Source: Hypanus sabinus (lineage: Eukaryota). Taken from it: a stretch of 64,000 bases of DNA. Below, in pieces: positions 25,401 through 38,436 of this stretch. The notes beneath the pieces were generated by a model. It saw only the letters and a program-made list of their open reading frames with translations. It did no database searches and was not told the DNA's origin. The stretch spans positions 76,198,001 to 76,262,000 of the forward strand of contig NC_082714.1 of assembly GCF_030144855.1 (NCBI RefSeq), read 5' to 3'. The translations under genes were made by a program, and so were the position numbers. Position 1 is the stretch's first letter. The number at the start of each line of letters is the position of its first letter.

Positions 25401-25515
25401 GTCTGGGAGCACAGAGCCTGGAATTTTCCATTCTATGGTCTCTGGGATGGGCCGTGCTGGGGGACTGTGCAAGTGTGGTACAGACCATGTGTTGATGGCA
25501 TCTCCTCTCTTGCAG

Positions 25516-25605
25516 GAAGGCAGGGTGGCCATAACCCGGGTGGCCAACCTTCTGCTGTGTATGTACGCCAAGGAGACGGTGGGCTTTGGCATGCTCCAGG
25601 CCAAG
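25516..25605 (+). CDS. LAMTOR2: LAMTOR2 exon 3 (90 nt)
   Basis: Acceptor tctcttgcag|; [30 protein letters not shown]; donor AAG|GTAACA. Confidence 0.97.
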
Positions 25606-26699
25606 GTAACACGTCAGCCACGACGACAGAGCGGACGTCAGGGAAGGGAGGGGTGTGGTGTCTGGGGGGGGGGGGGGGGGTGTTGGTTTGTGGCAGCTGA
25701 AGGAGAGGTCGTCAGTGTCAGGAGGGGGTAGTGGTCGGTGACAGGTGGGAGAGGGGCTTGAGGGTGTTGGTGATAGGGAGGGGTTCAGGCTAGAGACCAG
25801 TAATGGGAGGGGCAGTGGTTGGTGATGAGTGGGAGGAGGAGAGGTGGTAGGGGAAGGGTGGTGGTTGGTGACGGGTGGCATGAGGGCTAGAATGGGAGGA
25901 GGGGTGCTGGTTCCTGATGGGGAAGGGTTAAGTGATAGGATGAGAGGTATAGTGATTGGTGACAGATGGGAGGATGGCGAGGCTAGGATGGGAGGAGGGG
26001 TGGGGAGGAATTGTGATGGGCTCTGCTTGCTGACACTCCCAAGGCCATGAGGAATCCAGGACAGCTTTCCCTTTTCCATGGCCGTTCCTGAAACTGGCAG
26101 ACAATACAGACTGTACAGCAGCATAATGTAAGAAAGCAAACTCATGCAGCTGTCAGAACTCTGAAATCGAAAGGGCCTCAATGTGAAACGTTATAGCCTT
26201 TGCAGTTCCTCTGCAGACGCTGCCTGCCCTGACCCGCGTCCCAGGCTTCCCTCTGCATAATATTTACTACACTCCCTCTGCCACAGGTATCTCCTTTGGT
26301 GGTGGGAAGACCAGACCTGTGTACACTATTCAGGTGTGGTTCTATCAAAGCCCAACACATTTGCAGCAAGACATCTCCAGTCTGCTCACTATTCAGGCCA
26401 GTGTGACCCTTCCTTCCCAACTATTGACCAAACCTCCACAATAACTCCCAGTTCCCTTTAAACGTAAAACACTTTCCAGTCCCTTGTTATGGAAATAAAA
26501 TACCCAAAACGTACACTGTTCTTCCATTGAGTACAACCTCACTGGTTTGTGTTTCTTTCCTCAGGCAGTTAATCTGATCAACCATTCTAGTTAACTCCCA
26601 CTCCCCTCTGTCTATTTCCTTAGTTACTGCATTATAAACACTAAACCACTATTGGTGCTGACCTTGCCCACATCTCCTCCATTTCCTGGACATCTACAC

Positions 26700-27660
26700 T
26701 CACCCCATCTTCCCATTCCTTAAGTGATTGAGGATTGAGTTCCTTTTGTCCTCACCTACCACCCCATGAGCCTCTACATTCAACACCTCAATCTCTCCAA
26801 ATTCCACCATCTTCAAAGGGATCCTACCACCAAACTCCTCCCCCACCTCTCTCTGCTTTTCACAGGGATTGCTCCTTTGTGATTTCCATGTCCATTTGCC
26901 CTCCCCACTAATCTTCATGCACATGTTCCTGCAAGTGAGAGGAATGTTACACCTGGCCACGTATGTCTTCCCTCACCTCCATTCAAGGCCCCAAACAGGC
27001 CTTCCAGGTGAGGCAACACTTCACCTGTCAATCTGCTGGGGCCTTTATCGTATCCGGTGCTCCCAAAGCGGCTTCCTCTACATTGGTGTGACCCGATATA
27101 AATTGGAGGACTGCTTTGTCAAGCACCTCCTCTCCATCCACCAAAAGCAGAATTCTGATGGCCAACCATTTATCCCTATCCATTTGTGTTCCGACATGCC
27201 TGTCCACGGTCTCCTTGACACTCCCAGGTTGGAAGAGCAACATCTCATATTCTGTCTAGGTAACCTCCAACCTGATGGCATGAACATCGATTTCTCCTTC
27301 CAGTAATTTTTTTCTTCCTTTTGTTTTCCCCCTTCCCTTGCCTCTTCTATTCCCCAATCTGGCCTCTCACCCCTTCTCTTCACCTCCTATCACCTCATCC
27401 TGGTGCTGCTTCTTCCCTTTCTCCTGTGGTCCACTCTCTTCTCTGAGATTCCTTCTTTAGCTCTTTACCTTCCCCACCTACCTAGTTTCACCTGTCACCT
27501 AGTTTGTCCTCCTCCCCCCCCCCGACCTTTTTATTGTGGTGTTTTCCCCATTACTTTCCAATCCTGACAAAGTGTCTTGGCCTGAAGTGTTAACTGTTTA
27601 TTCATTTTCTTTGATGCTGCTTGACCTGCAGTGTTGCTCCAGCATTTATTGTGTGTGTCA
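26700..27660 (+). mobile_element. Penelope-like element fragment (GIY-YIG endonuclease remnant plus terminal repeat)
   Basis: ORF 26869-27306 has LYRIRCSQSGFLYIGVTRYKLEDCFVKHL..RLEEQHLIFCLGNLQPDGMNIDF. Related pieces at ~33150-33480 and ~43690-44175. Confidence 0.75.
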
Positions 27661-28838
27661 CTTTAAACCACTTTTTATAATGCTGTTACATAGTAAATAC
27701 ATTATGGTATTTATGCACACTTTATCTGCACTTCTAATTTTATTTTTATATAATTCTATATTTGTTGAATCTTGTCATTCTTGCATGTTGCACCAACACG
27801 TCACAGTAATTTCCTAATAAATGCAACTGTATTTGGCAAATAAAATTGATCCATCTGACTATCACTTGTCCTGCCCAGATCTCAGCCTTTCAGCATCACT
27901 CTCAAATTTCGGGTATTGTGTGCAGTTCTTGTCAGCTACATTTATTATTTTTGTTCATTGAGATACAGGACTGAACAGGCCCTTCTGGCCTTTCGAACCA
28001 ATAGCAATCCCCCTATTTAATACTCGCCTAATCACAAGACAATTTATAATGACAATTAACCTACCAATCGATAGGTCTTTGGACTGTGGGAGGAAACTGG
28101 AGCACCCAGAGGAAACCCATGCAGTCACGGGGAGAACGTAGGAACTCCTTACAGACAGTGGTGGGACTTGAACCTGGGACGTCTGTACTGTAAAACCTTG
28201 TGTCAACACTACCATTCCACCCTAAAGAAATATAGAAAGGTTAGCAATAATATTGAAAAGAGTGCAGAGAAAGTTTACAAATATTACTGGATACTAAGTT
28301 TATAGGGAAGGTTGAATAGGTTAGGACTTTATTCCTTGGAGTGTAGGAGAATGAGGGGAGATTTGACATAGGGTAAATACAAGCAGGGTTTTTCCACTGA
28401 GCTGCAGAAAGACTAGAACTAGAGGCTCCAGTTGTGGACACCAACTCATTTAAAGCAGAAGGGTGTCAAAGATTACAGGGAGAAGGCAGGAAAATAAATC
28501 AAATGAAGTCGCAGACCCAAAGGGCCAAATGGGTTAAACCCGTTCCTGTGTCTTACGAAAGGGGAGAGACGGTTTCAGCAGAGGCTACAAGCAAGAGATG
28601 AGGAGAATCCCACGTGGTTTGGAATATTAACAATTGGACACTCTGTCGCTGGACACTGGACCAGCTGGAGCAGCCAGGAACTGGACAGGTCATGAGAGCA
28701 AGGAACGTGTAGGGTCCAGGGAGAAAGACTGACTGGGGTTTCTCTACTCAAGAGTCTGCTGGGATTTCATGGGCTGAATAGCCTTTCGTTTTGTGTATGG
28801 TGCACCTGATATTTTTCCCTCTCTCTGTCTCTGTGCAG

Positions 28839-28895
28839 GCCGAAGCCCTTGTCCAGTACCTGGAGGAGCCTCTGACCCAGGTGGCAGCATCATAG
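28839..28895 (+). CDS. LAMTOR2: LAMTOR2 exon 4 (last coding exon)
   Basis: Acceptor ctctgtgcag|; AEALVQYLEEPLTQVAAS*. Exon sum 68+163+90+57=378 nt = 125 aa + stop. Confidence 0.97.
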   Translation, partial: AEALVQYLEEPLTQVAAS

Positions 28896-29052
28896 GAGAA
28901 AGCTTTGAAGTGACACTCCAGGGAGGGAGGGAATCAAGGCCTTGGGGTGGGGGATTTAATTTAAAAAATGCCTTTGAGAAGGGTTTGAGACAAGACCCAC
29001 TGCACTTTGTGAAAACTGCTGGAAATTTGTTCGAGCTTGCTGTTTGTAGAAC

Positions 29053-29058
29053 AATAAA
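29053..29058 (+). terminator. Probable LAMTOR2 polyadenylation signal
   Basis: First AATAAA, ~160 nt after the stop codon. Confidence 0.65.
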
Positions 29059-29334
29059 TATGTGGAGAAAGCGGGACAGGGATTAGGCTTTTCTGTGGGA
29101 AGCTGGGCAGAGTGGCTGCAGCTTTGTGTTGAGAGTGAAGGTGAACAGGGCCTGCTGATGAGACGGAGCAGAACAGATCAAAAGTATCATCTTGATTGCA
29201 CCTCTTGGTTGGTGTGACCCGCACTGTGCTAGGCTAAGAGTGTTCTGTATGGGATTGGAGAAGCATTTTGAGTTCTCAGCCAAGGTGGGCTTCTCATTCT
29301 CCCTCCTCTCGGTCTCAGCTGAGCTGCAGGACAT

Positions 29335-31680
29335 TAAGACCATAAGACATAGGAGGGGAATTGGGCCATCAGCCCCATTGGGTCTGCTTCACCATTCAGT
29401 CATGGCTGATCCTCTTTTTCTCCTCCTCAACCCCAGTTCCCGGCCTTTTCTCCATAACCTTTGATGCTGTGTCCAATCAAGAACCTCTGCCTTAAATACA
29501 CTAATGACCTGGCCACAACTGCATGTGGTAACACATTCCACAAATTCACCACCCTTTGCCTAAAGAACTTTCTCTGCATCTCTGCTTTGAAAGTGTTCCT
29601 CTCTGTCCTGAGGCTGTGCCCTCTTGTCCCAGACTCTCTCACCATGGGAAACATCCTTTCCACATCTACTCTGTCTAGGCCTTTCAATGTTAAAAAGGTT
29701 TCAATGAGATCCCTCCTCATCCTTCTGAATTCCAGTGAGTACAGACCCAGAGCCATCAAACATTCCTCGTATGATAACTCTTTCATTCCTGAAATCATCC
29801 TTGTGAATCTCCTCTGGATCATCTCTAATGCCAGCACATCTTTTCTAAGATGAGAAGCCCAAAACTGATCACAGTATTCAAGGTGAGGCCACACCAGTGC
29901 CTTGCAAAGCCTCAGCATCAAGTCCTTGCTCTTGTGTTCTAGTCCTCTTGAAATGAATGCTAACAAGGCATTTGCCTTCCTCAACACTGACTCAACCTGC
30001 AAGTTAACCTTTATGGTGTTCTGCACAAGGATTCCCAGCTCCCTTTGCATGTCAGATTTTTGGAATTTCTCCCCCTTTGGAAAATAGTCCACACATTTAT
30101 TTCTACCACCAAAGTGCATGACCATGCATTTTCCAACATTGTATTTCATTTGCCACTTTCTTGCCCATTCTCCTAATCTGTCTCAGTCCTGTAATACCTT
30201 GGGCTCTTAACTCAGTAAGCAGCTTCATGTGTGGAACTTTGTAAAAGGCCTTCTGAAAGTCAAAATATACAACATCCACTGCATCCCCTTTATCTACCCT
30301 ACTTGTAATCTCAAAGAATTCCAACAGGTTTGTCAGGATTTTCCCTTAAGGAAACCATGCTGACTTTGTACTATCTTGTCCTGTGTTATCAAGTACTCCA
30401 TCACCTCATCCTTAACAATTGACTCCAACATTCTCGCAACCACTGAAGTCAGGCTAACTGGTCCTTTCTGCTGCCTTCCTCCTTTCTTAAAGAGTGGAGT
30501 GACATTTGCAATTTTCAAATTTACAAAATGCCAGAGTTCAGTGATTTTTGAAAGATCATTTCTAATGCCACCACAATCTCTAATGGTACCTGTTTAAGAA
30601 CCCTATGATGCAGTTCATCTAGTCTGGTTGATTTATGTACCTTTAAGTCTTTCAGCTTTTTAAGTACCTTCTCTCTTGTAATATTAATTACACCCACTTC
30701 TCTTCCTTGAAAATACACAGTTAGTTAATCTGACATCTCCTTGTCCCCCGTTATTATTTCTCCTGCCTCATTTTCTAGCAGTCCTATATCCACTTTAATT
30801 TCTCCTATTTTTAGCATACTTGAAAAGCTTTTACTATCCACTTTGATATTAATTGCTAGCTTGCTTTCATATTTCATCTTTTCCCTTCTCATGATTTTTT
30901 TTTAGTTACATTTAAAATGTTTTAAAAACTTCCCAATCCTCTGTCTTCCCACTAATTTTTGCTTTGTTGTATGCCCTTTCTTTTGCTTTTACAATAGCTT
31001 TGACTTCTCTCGTCAGCCACCATTTGAGTATTTCTTCATTTTTGGAGTACACGTGTCCTGCACCTTCCTCATTTCCCCCAAAAACATATACCGTTGCTGC
31101 TCTGCTGTCATCTCTGCCAGCATCTCCTTTCAATTTACTTTAGCCAACTCCTCTCTCATACCATTGTAATTTCCCTTACTTCACTGTAATGCTGCTACAT
31201 TAGACTTTCTCCCTGTCATATTTCAAGTTGAACACAATTATATTGTGATCACTGGTTCCCGAGGGTTCTTTTACCTTAAGCTGCCTAATTACCTCTGGTT
31301 CATTACATAACACCCAATCCAGTATAGCTGATCCCCTAGTAGGCTCAATGACAAACTGCTCTGAAAAGCCATCTCTTAGGCTTTCAATAAATTCACTCTC
31401 TTGAGATCCATTACCAACCTGATTTTCACAGTTGACCTGCATGTTAAGGCCTCCCATGACTACCACAACATTGCCCTTTTGACTCGCCTTTACTATTTCC
31501 CATTGTAACCCTGTGGTCCACCTCCAATGTTATGTCACATGTTTCTACTGATTTGATGTCATTCCTTACCAGTAGAGTTACACCAGCCCCTCTGCCTACC
31601 TTCCTATCCCTATAATATGTAACCTTGGACATTCAGCTCCCAACTACAACCATCCTTCAGCCACGTTTCATTGATGGTCT
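29335..31680 (-). mobile_element. CR1-like LINE with disrupted ORF2 (APE endonuclease, RT, C-terminus) and short tandem 3' tail
   Basis: Fragments EPTRGSAILDWVLCN..GTSDHNII, ANVTPLFKKG..PVSLTS, VDVVYFDFQKAF, RPHLEYC-type C-terminus; several frameshifts and internal deletions. Confidence 0.92.
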
Positions 31681-33496
31681 GGCAGCAGTCTCATTTCTGC
31701 CAATGTCTCAGAATATTTTGGAACAGTTTCCCTGTATCCAAAGTATTCCACTCTCATGGTTCTGCTGAAGCATGGGGTTTGTACAAACAGCTGGGCTGTG
31801 AGTCACTGGAGCATCAGGGCTCCAAACCATCAGTTCTCTGAAAGTAAGTGGGTAAGGTGGTAAAGAAAACATTTGCCTTTATTGGTCAGTGTGTTCAGTA
31901 CAAGCGTCAGGAAGTCGTGCTGCATGAGTATGAAACCCAAGTCAGACAACTTGGGGTATTAGACCATAAGACATAGGAGCAGAATCGATCCACCAAGCCC
32001 TCTCCACCATGGCTGACATTATCCCCCTCAAACTCATTCTCCCCTAACCCTTGATCATCATCATCACTATGTGCCATGTTGTATGATCATGGTCTTGACA
32101 AACTTTTCTACAGAAGTGGTTTGCCACTCCCTTTTTTTCTGCAGTGTTTTTACAAGATGGGTGACCCCAGTCTTCAGAGATTGACTGCCTGGTGTCAGTG
32201 GTTGCTAAGCCACCCCATCACCCTAACCTATGACACCCCTACTAATTAAGAGCCTCTCAACCTGCTCTTTTCTTTCCAATATTTTAATTAATATATATAA
32301 AAAATACAGAGTGCAGGAAAAAAAATATATACATCAAAGCATTAAACTAAATCACATATAAAGACTCCTCACCCTATATTCGTACAAGTCAATTAGTTTG
32401 TAACATTGAAAAATAATAATTTTATTATATAAAAAATCTAACCCATTGCTCTTTAAATATACCCAGTGATTTGGCCTCCACAGCAGTCTGTAGCAAAGAA
32501 TTGCACAGATTCACCATCCTCTGGCTGTTATGTGCATTTCTGTTTGCCCATCAGGAAGACTGTAGAGAGAGTGCAAAAGAGGTTCACCAGGATCCTGCCT
32601 GGATCAGAAGGCATGAGCTGTAACAAGAGGCTGGACAAAATTGGGTTGTTTTCCCAAGAGCAGCAGAAGTGGAGGGTAGACCCAATAGATGTTGAGAGCA
32701 GTGTCCTAGTGGAAAGCTGGAGCAGGGTTTCTCCAAGCTTTGTCCTGAATGGGAACCGTTTTTGCAAGGTGGGAGTGGTTTCACTGAGCTGTGTGTAGGT
32801 AGGAACAATGGAGAATGGTGTACAGGTGAGTGATATATAGCCGGGTCAAGTTGTGTCACATACCTGAGAGGTGAGCATGACTGATCTGAAACAATGAGGA
32901 TGTGCTGGTGACAATCAGAGCAACGGCGTGAGAAACTTCCCAGGTTGACGACTTTTCACCAGGCATGGGAAAGTGAGAAAAGGATCATGGGCGGGGAACA
33001 AGGCTGCTCTCTGACTCATGCCACTGGTTCCACCTCATAGAGGAGGTAACTACAATTTATCTGTGTGGGGGAGGTGTAACCAGAAGGAGCTGAGTGGGCA
33101 GTAGGGTGGTGTGGGGAGAGTGCATGCTGGGGCTGGGGATCTCAGGGATCATACATCGGAATTCCGCCTCGCATTCCCATGTCTGTTCACAGCCACATCA
33201 AGGCCAGATGCAGATTGGCAAATCTCACATTCTCCCCTAGTAGTCTCCAATCTGACAATCAACATTGATTTCTGGTAACCACTCCATCCTGTCTCTCCCC
33301 CATTCCCTTTTGTTTCTTTTCTTTTCTCTCTGGCCCCATCACCCATTATCTTCCTCTCTCTTTCCCAACCTCCTTTACTCCACAGTCCACTGACCTCTCG
33401 AATCAGATTCCATCTTCTTCAACCCTTTGCCTCTTCCACCTATTCCATCTTCTAACATCATTCCCACTCTCTCCCTTCCCTATAATTTGCCATTAT

Positions 33497-34740
33497 CATT
33501 GGAACCTTTTCTGGGGAAGAGGTGACTTGTACAAGTGGGATGGGTTGCACCTGAACTGGAGGGAAACCAATATCCTGGGAGGGAGGTTTGCTATTGCTAT
33601 TGGGGAGGATTTAAATTTGATTTGTGGGGGGAGGGCGGGCAGGCGGTGAGAACCCAAGTGAAGAGGCAGAGGATGGCGTGGTTGGCGTACAAGTAGTGAC
33701 AGCTTGTAGGGAGTTTGTGAGGAAGGACAGGCAGATGATAGAGCAAAGATGCCCTCAGCCTGGTGGTTTGAGATATATTTAACGCAAGCAGTATCATCAG
33801 CAAGACGGATGAACTTAGAGCATGGAACTATGATGTTGTGGTCATTACAAAGACTTGGATGACTCGGGCAGGAATGGCTGCTGAGTGTGCCAGGCTTTAG
33901 ATGTTTCAAAAAGGACAGAGAGGGAGGCAAAGGGGGTGGGGGAGTGGCACTGCTATTCAGGGGTAGTATCACGGCTTCAGAAGAGGAGGAAGTCATGGAG
34001 GGATTGTCTACTGAGTCATTGTGGGTGGAAGTCAGAAACAAGAAGGGGGCAATAACTTGACTGAGTGTTCTTTATATACCCCCCCCCCAAAGTAACAGAG
34101 ACATTGAGGAGCAGATAGGGAGGCAAATTCTTCAATGGTGCAATAATAATAGGGCTGTTGTGAGGGATGATTTTAACTTCCCTAGTATTGACTGGCATCT
34201 CCTAGGAGCAAGGGTTAAGGTGGGGTGGAGTTTGTTAGGTGTGTTCAGGAAGGTTTCCTGATGCAATATGTAGATAAGCCAACCGGAGGAGAGGCTATAC
34301 TTAATCTGGTACTGGGAAATGAGCCTGGTCAGGTGTTAGATCACTTGGTGGGAGAGCATTTTGGAGATAGTGACCACAACTCTATCTCCTTCACCATAGC
34401 GCTGGGGAGGGATAGGAGCAGACAATTTGGGAAAACATTTAATTGGGTGGGGGAATATGATGCTATTAGGCAGGAACTTGGGAGGAGATGTTCTCGGGGA
34501 AATACAGGGAAGAACACAAGGTGTTCTGCATAGGGGTGTTACATCGAAACGTCAATAGGATGTAGATCTGGGCTGAGAAGAGGCAGATGAAGTTCAACCC
34601 AGATAAATGTGAGGTGGTTCATTGCGGTAGGTCAACTTTGAAGGCAGAATATAAAATAAATGTGTGGAGGATCAGTGAGTAGGTTACATGGTCGGCCCAA
34701 CAAGGCCGAAGGGCCTGTAATGGGTTGTAGATTTTCTGTG
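33497..34740 (+). mobile_element. CR1-like LINE fragment (ORF1 esterase end, APE domain, deleted 3' part)
   Basis: HWNLFWGRGDLYKWDGLHLN (SGNH-esterase-like ORF1) followed by QYVDKPTGGEAILNLVLGN..GDSDHNSI. Confidence 0.8.
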
Positions 34741-34929
34741 TACTCCGACGATGGCCTTGTATAGAGACTGGGTTTTTAAAGCTCTTTGCCGGACCTGCAC
34801 GGGAACGCTTCTGTTGTGTCTGCGCAGTACTCCAGTCAATGTCTCCCGTCAAAATAATTCCTGCTTTTTAAAGCACTTTGCTGGACCTGTGTGGGAACGC
34901 TTGTTGCTGAGAGGGACGGACACAGGGAT

Positions 34930-35540
34930 CATTTTACACTTGTAGTTTCTTAACTCAACCCATAAGGATTCAACATCTTCTGATCGTATGTCACATCTCT
35001 GTAATGATTTGATGCCATTCTTTACCAGCAGAGCCATTCCACTCCCCCTGCCTATCTTCCTATCCCCCCCCCCCCCCAATGTGTAACCTTGGACATTCAG
35101 CTCCCAAATACCATCATCCTTCAACCACGTTTCCGTGCTGGCCAAAACAACACACCTGACAACAGTGCAACAGCACCATCCACCTTATCTCTTATACTTG
35201 CATTGAGATACAACACTTTGAGTACTGTATTTGCTACCCTTTTTGACTCTGCATCCCTAATGCACTGATACTCACCCTGCTGGCTGCAATTTTGCCCTGT
35301 CATCTGCTCTTCTGGGCAGTCTGACTATCCGCCCTATCCTGAGTCCCTTCACTCCAGTGCCAAATTAGTTGAAACCCTCCCCAACAGCTGTAACAAACTT
35401 GTCCGCGGGAATATTCGCCCCCCCTCGGGTTCAGTTGCAACTCGTCACTTCTGAACAGGTCATACCTCCCCCAGAAGAGATCCCAATGATCCAAGAACCA
35501 AGCCCTGCCCTCTGCAGCAGCTTCTCGGCCACGCATTAAT
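34930..35540 (-). mobile_element. CR1-like LINE fragment (ORF1 esterase end and APE N-terminus)
   Basis: FLDHWDLFWGRYDLFRSDELQLNPRG; LKVLYLNA; TETWL..VESLWVEL. Confidence 0.8.
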
Positions 35541-35894
35541 CTGATATGGTGGACTCCTACCCATTTCCCAGCACTTTGGCCCGCCTTCTTTTCTGCCTGG
35601 GCGAGTCAAGTGCTGTCCAGATAGTTCAACGTTATGAGGGTGTTTGCCTCCACCACCCCCTCAGGCAGTGTGTCCCAGATTCCCTCCCCAATCATTTTCC
35701 TCAGGTCCTTTCTCCATCACCCGAGTGAATGTTCTCTTGTAATGAGGCACTGCACAATGCCAGTGCGTGGAGTTTGTACAAGGACGGAACACTACCAATG
35801 CCGAATTATATTAAAACGTGCAGTGCAAGTTAAAATAGAATCACCAAGGCAGAGAAGGTTGTGGACCATGTGCTGGGAGATAGAATCGATGTCC

Positions 35895-36280
35895 CAGTGG
35901 GCCGAAGAGCCGGGTACCGCGCCCGCAGCCCCTCTGCGGAGGGCGGGTCCGAGAAGAGCCGAGCGAAGGGGGCGGGGCGGGGCGGGGCAAACCTGGGCTA
36001 GGTGGGAGCGGAGCCGGGCGGGGTCAGATGACCGAGGTGTGGGGACGTGGGACGCGGGACCTGGGCGGAGTCAGGTGACCGAGGGCGGTCCCGCTCCACC
36101 TGCGTCGGGAACAGGTCGGACCGGAGTTGGAGCCTGAACCAGGAAGTGGCGGCGGGTCTGGCCGCGACTGTCCCGGCACCGAGAGGCTGCAGGATGAGTT
36201 CGGCCGAGGACGATTACAGCTTTGTGTTTAAAGGTAAGGGATGGAAAGCGGAAACAGGAAGTCATGGCGGAGGGAGCTGA
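35895..36280 (+). promoter_or_regulatory. RAB25 CpG-island promoter
   Basis: CpG-rich; tandem GC boxes GGGGCGGGGCGGGGCGGGGC at ~35969-35988; ETS site CAGGAAGTG at ~36140. Confidence 0.8.
36194..36233 (+). CDS. RAB25: Ras-related protein Rab-25, exon 1 (40 nt)
   Basis: MSSAEDDYSFVFK, matching the RAB25-type Y.FVFK motif; donor AAG|GTAAGG, phase 1. Confidence 0.93.
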
Positions 36281-38174
36281 GCTCTTGATGTTACCTTACC
36301 TGGTAACCCCAGGACAACTTAACACTTAACCCACCTCCTTGGCTCCAGTTTAACTATTAACCCCACCCCAGGGCTCTCTTTACCCGGTAGTCCCAGGATC
36401 AATTCATTAACTCTACCCCGGGGCTCACCTTCTGTGATAGCCCTGCGATTAACTTAATTTGCTCACTTTAAACAGTAACGCCCAGTCCGCCCAGGGCTCA
36501 CTTTAATCGAACACTACAAACCTGATCTAACACAGACGATTAATCCATTCACGTTTTGAATTCACCGTAACCTGAATCCAGAGCACTAACCATAACCAAT
36601 ATCCATTAACTAGCACTTTAATCGATAACTCGGCAGAAATTAACCAATAACTGCAGACACTAAACAGCACGCTTCAGCAACATTCGCCACTTACCCTCAC
36701 CACCAACCTGAATCACATTCACTTCACTTCTAATTATGTTTTTAACCAATAACTTGAATCACTAACCATAAACCAGTCCATAACCAGCTCTCTACTATCC
36801 CTGACATGAGCCTGATCCCAAGTCCTGACCAGTAAAAGGTTTATGGGAGACCTGAGGGGCACTTTTTGGTACAGTACTGAGGGTGGTGGGTGTGTGGAAT
36901 GAGTCTCCAGGTGGGTACAGTCTGGGGATAGGGCAAATGGGTCTAGCCCAGGTGGATGTCTCAATTGCTGCGAGTGGATCATAGATCACTACAACACAAA
37001 AACTGGCTCTTTGGCCCATCCAGTCTGTGCCAACCTGTTTTTCTGCTTGGCCCCATTTACCTGCGCCCAAACCGTAGCCCTTCATACCCCTCTTGTTTAT
37101 GTGCCTATCCGAACTTCTCTTGAATGTTGCAGTTCCACTGGTTTATTCCACGTTCACAGCACCCTCTGAGTAAAGGAGTTCTCCCTCAGGCTCCCCTTAA
37201 ATAGTTCACCTTTCACCCTAAACCTATGACCTCTAATTCTAGTCTCACCTAACCTCAGGGGTAAAAGCCTGCTTGCGTTTACGCCATCTATACCCCTCAT
37301 AATTTTGTATACCTCCATCAAATCTCCTCTCACTCTCCTACACTCCAGAGAATAGTCTTTAAAGTATTTAAAAATAGTCTTTAAATTATTTAAAAACAGT
37401 ATTTAAAACTTTAAATACTTAAAGATAAAGACGGAAGATGAGCTTGATTTGTCACATGTACATTGAAACATGCAGTGAACTGCATTGTTTGCACCGACGA
37501 CCAACACAGTCTGAGGATGAGCAGGGGGCAGCTCGCAGCAACTGTGCTTCCAGCGCCAGTCTTAGCATGCCCGTGACTTACTAATCTTAACCCATGCACC
37601 TGTAATTGCAATGAGGGAGGACCCAGAGGAAATCCATGGAGAAAATGCACAGATTAGCAGAAACAGAGCTCCACTCGCTGGCACTGTAAAACATTACCCT
37701 ATTGTGCCCTCCCTGTGGTAACCTTTGCCTGTAACTCAGGTCCCAGTATATCGTGTAAAATTTCCCTGCATTCTTCCAACCTTATTGATGTCTTCCCTGT
37801 TGGTAAATGACAAGAACTGTACACAATACCCCAACTTCTCACACAACGTCAACATCACGTCCCAACTCCTGTATTCAATGCCCTGATTTATGAAGACCAC
37901 TGTGGCGAAAGCTCTCTCTATGACCTTAGGCTGAATGACCATTTCCCATGGTTCATCCCAGATCTCCCAACTGCAACCCATCATCCACTTTAGCCAGAAC
38001 CCCATCACAACTCACAGGGAGTGTCAGGAGTAAGGGTGAATGTCCCACCTGCTGGCTTCACTGGCCTGTCCACCTGCTCTGCCACGTTCTAGGATCTGTG
38101 GACTTGTACACCGAGGCACCTCGGTTCCTCAGTACCTGTTGTTCATTCATTGTATAATTCCCCCCCCCCCCCCC

Positions 38175-38436
38175 CCCCCCAAAGGGCATCAACTCACACT
38201 CATCAGGGTGAAACTCTGCACCTTACAGGCAGGTCCATACCAGCCTCGTTACTGCTAGGTCAGTCTCCGTAGGGTTGTTGAGCTCGCTCCTGAATCTCTT
38301 CTCCCCCCCAAAGGGCATCAACTCACACTCATCAGGGTGAAACTCTGCACCTTACAGGCAGGTCCATACCAACCTCGTTACTGCTAGGTCAGTCTCCATA
38401 GGGTTGTTGAGCTCGCTCCCGAATCTCTTCTCCCCA
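38175..38436 (+). repeat. Recent 129-bp tandem duplication (2 copies)
   Basis: AAAGGGCATCAACTC... at 38181 and 38310; three substitutions seen; bounded by C-runs. Confidence 0.9.

Noticed and set aside
23770-26181. 803-aa proline-rich ORF and overlapping 404-aa and 272-aa ORFs
   Set aside because: Read-through of the C-rich strand of the 45-bp minisatellite, open in several frames and antisense to LAMTOR2; not a gene.
29427-30149. 240-aa ORF as a host gene or active retrotransposon
   Set aside because: C-terminal fragment of a CR1-like ORF2; upstream domains are frameshifted and partly deleted.
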